NCBI GenBank assembly: GCA_051362555.1
Contig: CM120648.1
Span: 3,220,587-3,284,586 of the forward strand
Length of the DNA: 64,000 nucleotides
Direction of reading: 5' to 3'
Source: Lingula anatina
Taxonomy: Eukaryota > Animalia > Brachiopoda
A model generated the notes under the pieces. It made no database searches, was not told the origin of the DNA, and saw nothing but the letters and a program-made list of their open reading frames with translations. Shown piece after piece: positions 27,446-36,718 of this stretch; position 1 is the first letter of the stretch, and every line of letters starts with the position of its first letter. Position numbers and translations under genes: made by a program.

Positions 27446-29220
27446 ATTTTATTTGCACCACTCCAGACTATATAGTGAGAGTGGATGGGGTCCTGACGTC
27501 AGTTCTGACACAAACGGCTCTTGGGTTCAGCTTTCCTTGCCAAACCGGTATATAGTCACTGGCTTCAAGACACAAGGTATGTTTTATGACTGGTGGGGTC
27601 GGCCGTATTTTATTTTTATCGTATGTGAAAACTGTGTAATTAACGGGCTAGTCATTAAACGCTTAACTCCATTGTTAGATGTGCAATAACTTAGCAATAC
27701 GACTATTATATGGGATTTCCTCATTGACCATTTACCAAGCACTGAGCAGGTGCAAGAGAAAAAAAATTGAAAACGTCATGCGATTGACCAATATGATAAG
27801 TACGAGGGGGAATTCGGTAGTTTCAATTTGTTTTATTTCAAGGGGAAATTATTTATGAAATCACACGACCTATAGACTCCACGCTTAAGATATATATACA
27901 TAGGTATATTTATATATACCTTTCACAGGTCGTAATGATATTGATCAATTAGAGAGAGTGCAGAACTTTACAGTACAGTACAGAGATACAGGTATTGGCG
28001 CTAACTGGAGAACGTACATCAATGAGTCCCACGAAAATGTGGTAAGATTTATATCAACTTTTCACAAAATTTTATCTTTGCCAATAACTGGAAAATCGAA
28101 CATGGGTATTATTGTTTTTGTGTTGTTTGAAAGTAACTTTAATTGCACGTTATTCGTTTCTTTTTTTTTTTTTTTTTCAATTTTGTGCAATTTGTATAGT
28201 AAAGTTGGCTTGTTTATCTCTATATTCTATACACCATAAAATAACCAAACTTTTGGCGCCTTTTTACACATTAAAAAAGTATCTTCATTATGCGTGACGC
28301 GGCCGTGCGTTACAATTAATGCCGTAATTAATTTATAACATGTAGTAATTGCGTATAAAAGTAAACTTAATGGGTTTTATGTAAATATATTGGATGGCAG
28401 GCGTGTCTTGAAAAGTGTACAGGGCGAGGCATACTGCAGGTGGCTTATTTTTTTATATGCCACTTAACCAGAGATAAAATCCATGAAGCAAAGTGGCGCG
28501 GGACGTTCAATAATTCAAATAAGTGACAGATGGATGTTTGTTGCGATTCTTATTCTATTTGCTTATCCATTTTTAAATGTGTTAAAAAAAACACTTATTT
28601 TAGTTTCAAATAACCAGCATCTTATCTTTAAGTTTGACGCCAGAGGGCCAACGAGTAGCGATTTCAATACCCCTGTGTACAACGAAGTTGAGGACCCGTT
28701 TGTGGCCACAGATATCCGAGTTCTGCTGGAAACCGGCAGCTGTCTAGGGACCGGATGTGTCATGAGATTGGACGTCAGCGGGTGCCAGTTTGATACATTC
28801 TCAGGTAAAATAATTCTTGATCATGGATTGTGTCAGCCAGTTGCGGCACCGCCAGAGGCAAATATTTCACTGTGCGCTTTGACTAGTCGTTGGCGTGTGG
28901 TTAAGGTTAATCGCGCTAGCCACAACTGTTATACGGTTTTAACATTAAATATTCCATTAATGTACATTATTTGATTTTCTTTATCCCACCAAGAAACTGC
29001 TGTGGACATAGGATGCTTCCTGGATGACCAAAACCACCCAGAATTCCCGAATATCCTGTCTTCCGGTATCACGTCGACGTCAGAATGTCGTGAGCTTTGT
29101 GCACAGGGTGGTTACATGTACGCTGCTGTCACCAACGGTAAGACATCCAACGGTTGTTTAAAGGGAATACGCGGTTATCATTAAAGGGATAACAACTCTT
29201 GGTATGAAATCTATATTTCA

Positions 29221-29259
<39 letters not shown>

Positions 29260-30947
29260 GAAATATAATATAATATATTCTATTTTACCACAAAAACGGC
29301 AGTTATAGCAATTATCTTGAAATCTGTGCTTGTCATCGTACCATGTGATCTCCATAGAGAGTTTATAACCAAAAAAAAACTTTTTAGAAAAAAAGCCAGG
29401 GACTAACTTTGAACGTAGAAATGGATTCATTAACCATTTGTAAGTATGAGAAAATTGGCATTTACCCCAGGAAAAAAATTTGGCCAAAATGAACGGTTGT
29501 TATCCTTTTAATATTATTGCCAACATATGAGGAACACAAGTAGAAGTTAGAAATATATAGAATCAAACGTTTAAATGCCTGCACACACAAACACATTTAT
29601 GATAAACAACAAAAAGATGAAACACTACTCAAAGGTACAGAACGCGGGAACACTGAAAAGCAGAGAAACTAGACTATTGTAAAGCAACAAATAATAGTAA
29701 TTATGATCATTTTCTCAGGGACCGTGTGTGGGTGCGGAAACGAGATCGGAAAATACGGGAAGGTTCGCAAGAGAATGTGCAATATTGCGTGCACCGGCAA
29801 CCCACGTGACGCATGCGGCGGTGAATTATTCAATTCAGTCTTCAGAGTTTGGAGTAAGTACGACTCAAGTGCAGGTCTCAAACCAAAATGGCAGCACAAA
29901 TGCAGTCGGAATTAAGTGGTTGACAAAATATATTTGCGAAAAGAAAATATGTAAGAATGTGTTAATGCAGTGAATGTTGAATTAAATTCTCATACGACTG
30001 CGACGATCAGTTGCGTTTGTATTCAATATGTAAATAAGTCAGAGCTCATACTTATATAAACCAAAAACATAACACCACATAGAGAGCTAAAATTTAATTT
30101 TGACAGGTATAAAGTGCCCGGAGCTTCCACAAATATCCAATATGGACCTGAATACGACCGAACGTTCCCATGGTGACGTTGCAAAATACACGTGTCGCCA
30201 TGGATACCGGTTGCCTTCAGGAACCAATGAAACAGACGTCTTGAGATGTGTTCAGAAGCAATGGGTAGGGGATATCCCTGCCCAGGGATGCGAACGTACG
30301 TCACAACAAATCAATCAACCCAACTTGCGTTGCTTTTCATTAGTGTGGGTATGATATGTACATTGTCACAATCTGTGAGGAAATTCTAATCGTGTGTTCG
30401 TACATGTATATGGAACATATGCTGCTCTTCTGTTATTAGTTCTTTTCAGAACTCATACTTCTTTACAAGTTTTATAATAAAATATTTAAATGATACCTAG
30501 AAATACAATGTAGGTCAGGCCTTTTGTCGTCTAGAATTCCAGGCCCAATAATCTCGTTCTCAATTTTCATTAGACTGAATTAGACTGCAACTGGATGCGT
30601 TTGTCTTATTAACAGGCATAGTTTGTAGCGGAGCGCTACCCACTGTGGCCAACGCAACAAGAACAGATACCGGGAATTTCTTGGATAGCACTGCCACCTA
30701 CCGATGCTTCTATGGTTTCCTGTACCCAGATGAAAGCGATGTCCAGCAGATTCGTTGCCAGGATACGGGGGCGTGGTCATATTTATCTCAAACTGATTGC
30801 CAGGGTAATTTCTCCTCCAACCCAAACCTTGTTCATTTATTATTATATTTAACTGTATTTGCTCCTTGGAATTCCTAGGCCGATTCCAGTTTTCGATCCA
30901 ACTCGGAGTCGCCTGAGACTGACCGACATCAGCTTTATCCAATAGGC

Positions 30948-30999
<52 letters not shown>

Positions 31000-31318
31000 G
31001 TGACTGTGTAGTGGGTACAGGCTACAAACTCGATTGTTTAACAGTGTCTTATTTGGTTTAAGCTATGCTAGCTTGTGATCAGTCGAGATCTTTTCAACAA
31101 ACGTACTGAGTAGCAACAGCACATGTTAACCTGAAGCGTTATTTATCTAGAGAGATTGTGCAGTGCGCCCCCAGATGTCGCCAATGCCACCGCTGTCTTC
31201 AACAACCGCACCTGGACGTTTACCTGTGACGCTGGGTACGCGGTGTCGGCTGGACACACCACGCAGACCCTGTTCTGTAATTTACAGGGTCAGTGGGAAG
31301 GAAGTGTGGAAAACTGTG
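11029..31318 (+). CDS. Mosaic extracellular multi-lectin protein, paralog A: SP-CTL-CTL-CCP-CTL-SUEL-LamG-CCP-LamG-CCP-CCP-CTL-WSC-FBG-like mini-FA58C-WSC-CCP-CCP-CCP; about 1,888 aa; 3' end unresolved
   Basis: 28 GT-AG exons keep frame: 11029-11052, 11826-11859, 13447-13624, 13969-14189, 14555-14756, 15360-15571, 16071-16250, 17916-18084, 18420-18637, 18985-19272, 19768-20433, 20687-20854, 21463-22125, 22998-23165, 23891-24076, 24282-24485, 25245-25430, 25779-26039, 26365-26490, 27125-27215, 27467-27576, 27929-28041, 28633-28804, 28994-29137, 29719-29853, 30107-30295, 30616-30804, 31151-31318 (5,665 nt). Every exon has a homolog in paralog B. Confidence 0.88.
13447..14189 (+). CDS. Paralog A C-type lectin-like domain 1 (two exons)
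   Basis: CDSGW...KCFRAY...AKTNCENVGSTLAMPK...|YWIGLE...WLDG...ICPCD...C...WADASC...YVCE. Confidence 0.9.
14269..14422. mobile_element. MITE family A, copy 2 (reverse orientation; TAA flanks suggest PIF/Harbinger type)
   Basis: Absent from the duplicated intron at about 18700-18740; reads tttaa|gggaccattccc...gggaacccagtc|taa. Confidence 0.65.
14555..15571 (+). CDS. Paralog A C-type lectin-like domain 2 (two exons)
   Basis: CPSGW...RCYW...C...IAMPKT|YWIGLE...WADG...C...WLDRSC...YVCE. Confidence 0.9.
15688..15854. mobile_element. CAGG...CCTG MITE family B (also 34036-34224; right-end fragment at about 14885-14918)
   Basis: TIRs caggcccgtagccag / ctggctacgggcctg; internal sequence shared with the 34036 copy. 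Confidence 0.8.
16071..16250 (+). CDS. Paralog A Sushi/CCP exon
   Basis: CSAP...GDNITYTCESG..L.SG...RVCQSDRTWNGSAPVC; phase 1-1. Confidence 0.9.
16976..17136 (+). pseudogene. Truncated Sushi exon (5' half only) running into a hydrophobic tail and a stop
   Basis: Intact acceptor; ITCSTPLAPTDITRVVASTDVGDIIT matches paralog B exon 43725-43901, then diverges into NPLFLAFVVLLYLIVLPFLSCQGLVT*. Confidence 0.7.
17182..17392. mobile_element. CAG-terminated MITE
   Basis: caggggtggatcc...aatccgccgctg flanked by gtctag / gtctac. Confidence 0.65.
17460..18740 (+). repeat. Intragenic duplication of the CTL1 cassette (copy of about 12905-14450), including exons 17916-18084 and 18420-18637
   Basis: Intron and exon sequence align by eye, e.g. 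tggtgta.ttct.cta...gttatcaaagac.aaagtttt, the (TAT)n run after the donor, and both CTL half-exons. Confidence 0.9.
18985..19272 (+). CDS. Paralog A SUEL / rhamnose-binding (Gal_Lectin) domain exon
   Basis: ACEG...L.C...I.IVDAVYGR...C...C...CEGQQSC.V......FGQDPCDGTYKYL...Y.C, with all 8 Cys. Confidence 0.92.
19768..20433 (+). CDS. Paralog A LamG / ConA-like (pentraxin-related) domain 1 exon
   Basis: AFWPLD....DLSGNGHNG...FTL...WHRVVVSY...LQIG...FDGRLSCVHLFD, a Laminin_G_3-type pattern. Confidence 0.85.
21080..21320. repeat. Degenerate minisatellite with a unit of about 37-40 bp
   Basis: Recurring gtgataacaaga...ccatgagtcttca.ggcc units. Confidence 0.6.
21463..22125 (+). CDS. Paralog A LamG / ConA-like domain 2 exon
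   Basis: AFWPFDGN...DFTGRGHHG...SFTL...WQK...FHIG...FNGRLSCIHLFN. Confidence 0.85.
24282..25430 (+). CDS. Paralog A divergent C-type lectin-like domain 4 (exons 24282-24485, 25245-25430)
   Basis: C....W......HCY......WETANDDC...GG....WWVGITD...NEPD...ICE; has an EPD motif but lacks the inner Cys pair. Confidence 0.8.
24563..24830. mobile_element. CAGG...CCTG MITE with 5-bp target-site duplication GAACA
   Basis: gaaca|cagggccgtagcct...aggctacggccctg|gaaca; empty site in paralog B at about 53085-53100. Confidence 0.85.
25779..26039 (+). CDS. Paralog A WSC domain 1 exon
   Basis: YLGCY...M....CIEYC......AGV....CYC...C...CPGN...FCGG.....Y. Confidence 0.88.
26365..26490 (+). CDS. Paralog A short Cys-pair module resembling the N-subdomain of the fibrinogen C-terminal domain
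   Basis: SCDVLYKNGIREYGQYWV...VEC fits an SC..L...G....G.Y.....V.C pattern. Confidence 0.55.
27125..28804 (+). CDS. Paralog A F5/8 type C (discoidin) domain (four exons)
   Basis: C...I.DSSISASS...RL....GWGP......WVQL.L....VTGFKTQGR......V..FTVQY....W..Y...F....IRV.....C..MRLDVSGC. Confidence 0.88.
28994..29853 (+). CDS. Paralog A WSC domain 2 (two exons)
   Basis: DIGCFLD...CRELC...GY.YAAV.NG..CGCGN...C...CTGN....CGG...NSVF. Confidence 0.88.
29185..29507. mobile_element. TTAA-flanked non-autonomous DNA transposon (Kolobok/piggyBac-like ends)
   Basis: ttaa|agggataacaac...gttgttatcctt(t)|ttaa; absent from the homologous paralog B intron 57246-57521. Confidence 0.7.
30107..31318 (+). CDS. Paralog A three C-terminal Sushi/CCP exons
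   Basis: Exons 30107-30295, 30616-30804 and 31151-31318, each C-P...Y/F-x-C..GY/F...C....W.....C. Confidence 0.88.
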
Positions 31319-32105
31319 GTAAGAATTCGAAGTAATTTTGTCTGTTGCCATTTTGAAAATAATTCCCTTTTCCTCTTTCTGGTAACATAAAATAAACTGC
31401 ACCTAAACTTATTTAAGGAAATAATTCTCGTGCATTCATCCGTAAATAAATATAGATAAATATTTTAACAATTGACTTTTAAACAATCGTTAATTAACGA
31501 CTTTTAAACTCATTAAGAACTTGATTGAAAAGATCAGATCCAGTGGTAAGAATTAAGGTAGGTAGAGGAGTTATTGTTCAGACATTGAAATGTAACTTGG
31601 CCCCCTTCCTGATGAAAGGCGCCCTTAAATACGGTAGGTAATGTTTTCTATTTTATTTTATAACCGTTTGTTAGTTATGTGGACTTTTTTTTTTTTTTTT
31701 TTTTTTGTAAGACTCTATTATTTCATCATGCTCCATCTTTTCAAAATTTATTTTTGGTTTTGGTATTTTATCCGAAAGATCTGGTCGGTCAGATTCTGCA
31801 GTGCTGTTTGAATGCATGTATCGCTTTTGATTCAGTGGGCATGACATTTGCTGAATGAACAATAGAGGGCGCTAGTTATCTGTGGCAGTGTGCGTGGTGA
31901 ATCCGTTTGCCTCCGTATTCCTAAATCCATGTGTTCGTGGCTGGGTAGTGCTATTGCTCTTGTGGCATGTCATTTGTGATGGAATGTTGCGCATGATGGG
32001 GATACTGTAAGGTCCGCTGTCTGTATGGAGTTTACTTGGATGTTGATAAAAGCTTGTGGAGCATGTTACGTGTAATAAGCGGTCAAAGTGTCAAATGTGT
32101 TAAAA

Positions 32106-32163
<58 letters not shown>

Positions 32164-32997
32164 GGGGGGGATTGGGAATGTGATTCAGTTTGCACCAAAG
32201 CATGACTGTCAAAGATAGTGCCAACTTGGTGACAGCAGTAACCAAGCAACTTTAAAGACATTGAAAGATGTACCTACGTCAGACCAACTGAGACAACACG
32301 GCCACAGCCATCGGCAACACGGAGAGAGATGCCTGACTGTGCTTTGAAACTAGAATTATATATGTATTTATATTTTTTTCTATGATGTATTACTAATTTA
32401 ACAAAGCAGATTGCATTGTGATTAAGAACCAAACATTAATCCAGTCTGGAAACACTACAGTGGAAAAGACAAACTGGCGGCTTGCATCAGTCTTACTACA
32501 TTTGAGATTAATTTTAATGTAAACGTTTGGATAATAGAGAACACCTATTGTGCATCTATCCATTTAATTCATCGTGATATTAGTAACTGTGGCCTCCACT
32601 AAGATACTCTGAACATTTCATGAGGGAAAAACCAGAGACAGACAAGGAAGACAAACGAAAAAGGACTAACAAGGGACTATTAATATTGGGAAACATGACT
32701 TTATATGTATCATTAACGTTCCTAAATAACTTAATATTACGTGTAGAAGCATGGTTATTTAACGATGCTTGACATAAAACTGAATCTACAAATAAGTAAA
32801 AGTATCATTTCTGTTGGTGAAAAAGTAGATATTTTTCGTATAGACCAAATGTGTTTTTAATTATGATCCTTGGCATGCTGAACCTCCATCGACAGACCTT
32901 GCACGTATAGTCGTCTAAAAACGATCTAATTTTTCATCGTTATTACACAACAAACAGTGAAAAACCTTTGTTGTTATTGACTGGGCTATATCCAAGC

Positions 32998-33266
32998 CTA
33001 CCCAACTACCAGACTCGGCACATAAGGATCCTGAATTAACCGGTATATCGGACCACACTACCCGTTTTCAAGGTGTGTGTCAGATCGCATTTAGGAGTAT
33101 CATACCCCAGAACAACGACAGGATGAGCACGCGGTCGTCCTACAAAATTTGTTCTGGGGTATGATACTCCGAAATGCGATCTGACACACACCTTTAAAAC
33201 GGGTAGTGAAGTCCGATATACCGATTAATTCAGGATCCTTATGTGCCAAGTCTGGTAGTTGGGTAG
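32998..33266. mobile_element. Long near-perfect palindrome (foldback/MITE) with arms of about 118 bp
   Basis: ctacccaactaccagact...ccccagaacaa, a spacer of about 33 bp, then ttgttctgggg...agtctggtagttgggtag; absent at the paralogous site near 60920. Confidence 0.85.
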
Positions 33267-33598
33267 CTAGGCCTGATATTGGAGAGAGACAGAATGCCCA
33301 TGAAAGTCTTAAAGTAAAAATTAATTGTTTTTACCAAAGCAAATGTTATATTATATAGTTATGTTATGCAATAATTGCAGTTATCATATTGTTACCAATA
33401 TAATACATTTTTATGAATTTGCACCAGATTGTCGAACGCAAGAAATAACCAAAACAACCATTCATATTATTGTTATACGTATAGTCTTATCTTGTAAGTT
33501 GTAGCATGCTCTTTTTTTTTTCATAAAATTTTGGTCAAAAAGGCTACACCACCAATTCTATGTGCATTTATTTAACAATGGTCACCTCACAGGTGTAA

Positions 33599-33635
<37 letters not shown>

Positions 33636-33662
33636 CAAACACCATATATAACATGATATATA

Positions 33663-33989
33663 CATACTTGTCAACTCTCTCGGATAATCCGGGAATCTCC
33701 CGGATGTAGAACGAATCTCCCGGTCCCCAGTACGAGTAACCAAATCTCCCAGATAAAAGCGACTTTGAACAATGGCACAATGCACTGTCAGCTAACGTCC
33801 TGTCTCAAATATCAAAATCGGAACAATTTTGGTTTTAATTATTATTTATTTAATTTCATTTCATTTATTTTATTTTTTTTTTTGGGGGGGGGGGGTTGAG
33901 AGACTGTTCGATTCCCCCCCCCCCCCCCCATCCACTGATAAAAATTTTAGAATCTCCAGATTTTAGATTCCCAGAGGTTGACATCTCTG
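33663..33989. mobile_element. MITE with CA...TG ends (hAT-like)
   Basis: catacttgtcaac...gttgacatctctg between TA-repeat flanks; internal aatctccc repeats. Confidence 0.6.
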
Positions 33990-34035
33990 TATATATTGTA
34001 CAGAAAATACAAATTAAAATAGTGGTGAAGGCAGC

Positions 34036-34224
34036 CAGGCCCGTAGCCAGCAATTTCAGAGAGATGGTTCGTTTTCTGAAAAAGTGGACCTTTTACCATA
34101 AAATCCTCAAGTACATAGGTCAATTTTTACCCATAGTGGACCTTTTCCCAGCAAAAAGGATGGTTCGAACCCCCCCCCCCCCCCACCTCACCCCCCCCCC
34201 CCCCCACCCCCGGCTACGGGCCTG
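34036..34224. mobile_element. MITE family B copy
   Basis: caggcccgtagcc...ggctacgggcctg; flanks gcagc / gtagc. Confidence 0.8.
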
Positions 34225-36718
34225 GTAGCCATATTATATACCATGCATTTAAATTTATAACATGTACCCCCTCAAACGGAATGTTTCACTGTGATGTTCA
34301 AAGAGATAAAAATATCCATTAAATTGAAAAGACATTACCAAACGTCACCAAATTTACACGGAAACCTGGGAACGATTTTACCTTGGTGATAACGGGGAAC
34401 GTGTTATAGATCTAGAGAATTTTAGCGTTTGCTTTATTATTGTCGAACGTTCACTGTATAACTTTAAACGCATTACATAACTTCTAATGTCACATTAATA
34501 AGTAATACAAAATGTATATCCGCTGTCGATAATTATGTATCGATGTATACACTGCTGTGTCCTTGAAATGGATCAGCTCCAATTGATGGTTCACTGGACA
34601 CATCTTTAATCAATAATTAAACTAAATATTGGACGATGCAAATAATGACATTTATTGAATTATGTCCGACGTACATTAATGGTCAAATATTGTTTTGTGT
34701 ATCAATGGGTGGCGTAAATGTAACAGGCATTGTCGCCGTACTTAATTGCAGTAGTTCAAAGTCTTTTTCAATATTTTCATTTCATCAGCGGTTCTTGATT
34801 GTAATTAAATTTGGCCTGTAGTTATATTATTTCCTTTATTCTGTTTGAAAAAAACATTTATGATTTTTTTCTTCCATTCAAATATAATCACACGTGTAAG
34901 GATGTCTAGACTGGCAATTTTATACGGTGACAATGGTGACGTACATGTTACCAAACTACAATTTAATTATTTTAGGTATTTAGGGTAAAGAATGTTTGGT
35001 TTATTTGCTGAAATTATATATACTAATTCCATGTTATAATATATGCGAACGATGCGTATTGAAGTTCTAAATACACCAATGACTTATTTTATTATTGTAG
35101 GGCTTTTCTAATGATTAAACGAAGATTTGGAATCGAATTTTTGTCAAACGAAGAAGTATGCACATTCCGATAATCGATACTTGGGAGCTAATGTGTGTCA
35201 ATAAACGTCACTTTACCTGTTATTGTTTCCTATTACATCGATAAATCAACAACCCAAATGTCAATAACCTATTCGTGTTTGGTTCGATTACATAATGATC
35301 GATTCCTTGTAAATGGTTCAAATTACTCAAGGATCATTAAACGAGGGTTCGATTATTTTCAAATACCTCAAGTGGCAGTATAAGGCAAACTGCATGAACG
35401 AGTAGATCGGAACTTTTTCTCACTGTTTAAACGCTCGCTTTTGCCTTCACACTTATGACCATCAGCTCACGCACAATAAATACATTATTACCTCCGATAG
35501 GAGGTTGTGTTTTTGGTCCCATTTGTTTTCTTGTTTGTCTATTCGCAGCATTATGTGAAAAACCATGGTCGGACTATGATAAAATGTTTGACTAAGTCAC
35601 GAATAGGCCAATGAAGAAATTAGTAGATTTTTGGATTGATTATCTATGGATTACTATTGAGACGCGCTCACATACAGCAATAATAAAGAGGTCTACGGCT
35701 TGACCTATGACACATGTACATGTCGCAGACGTTATGCACTGTTTTAGTCCCTGAAAACAAGCATAAATCCGAAATACCGGTCACTTTTTACCAATCGTAG
35801 TTGATTTTCAAGTCACGCGTACAGTGTACGAGTACTGCATCAAAGCTACGCAAGTAGTAATAATTACTGTATACGTTTTGTCCAATTGAACAAGTCACAG
35901 ATGCACTGGGGAACTCTTGCCGCGTTGGATTGAATGCTGTTTTGAATTTTTATATAATAATATTTTTATCCAAAGTTTCTAAGCACTTGTTAATTGTCTA
36001 TAAATTCTAACAGGTACCGGTAAAGTCCTTGGCAGACGTTTGCATTCTCTGAGTGCTTTTCTAGATTCTTATGAGTCACTTCACATTGTAATACCGAGAA
36101 CAATATCTAGTAGGGAAAGATTGAATTTTCTTCACTTCAAATATGAGCACGCATATAAGGATGTCTAGAGTGCAAATTATTATACGGTGACCACGGTGAC
36201 GTACTCGTTGCCAAAGTGCAATTTCATAATCTGTAGGGTTTTTTTAGAGTGGAGAATGATGGGGTTTATTACTGAAATTTGTTCAACTAATTCGGTTTTA
36301 TAATCCATATGAACGATGAACATTTGTGTTCGAAATCCATAATTTTATTCGATAGCCGTAGGTGTTTTTAATGATTTTACGAAGATCTGGAATCGAATTT
36401 TAGCCAAAGGAAGAATTATGTAAATCAAAATAATCGATGTTTCAGGAATAAAGGAATATCGACCGAGGGTTCGATATATTTCAAATATTTGAAGAAGCAG
36501 TATATGGCAAGCTGGATCGATTTCTTCTCAATGGTTCAAATTACCATTAATTAGATTGATTTTCAAATACTTGAAGTACAGTAGCAAGCTGCTTGTACGT
36601 ATAAAGTTATTCTCGCTGTTTAGCGTTCGCTTGCTCTTCACCTATAGGACGTGTAAACCGCAAGCCTATAAAATACAGTCTTATGGGTTACTTTACATCA
36701 TAACACCAGAACAATATC

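Noticed and set aside
31605-31640. cCTGATGAaaggcgccctt as a possible hammerhead ribozyme
   Set aside because: No GAAA after the hairpin (it reads taaat), and the paralogous site at about 59640 lacks both CUGAUGA and the stem.
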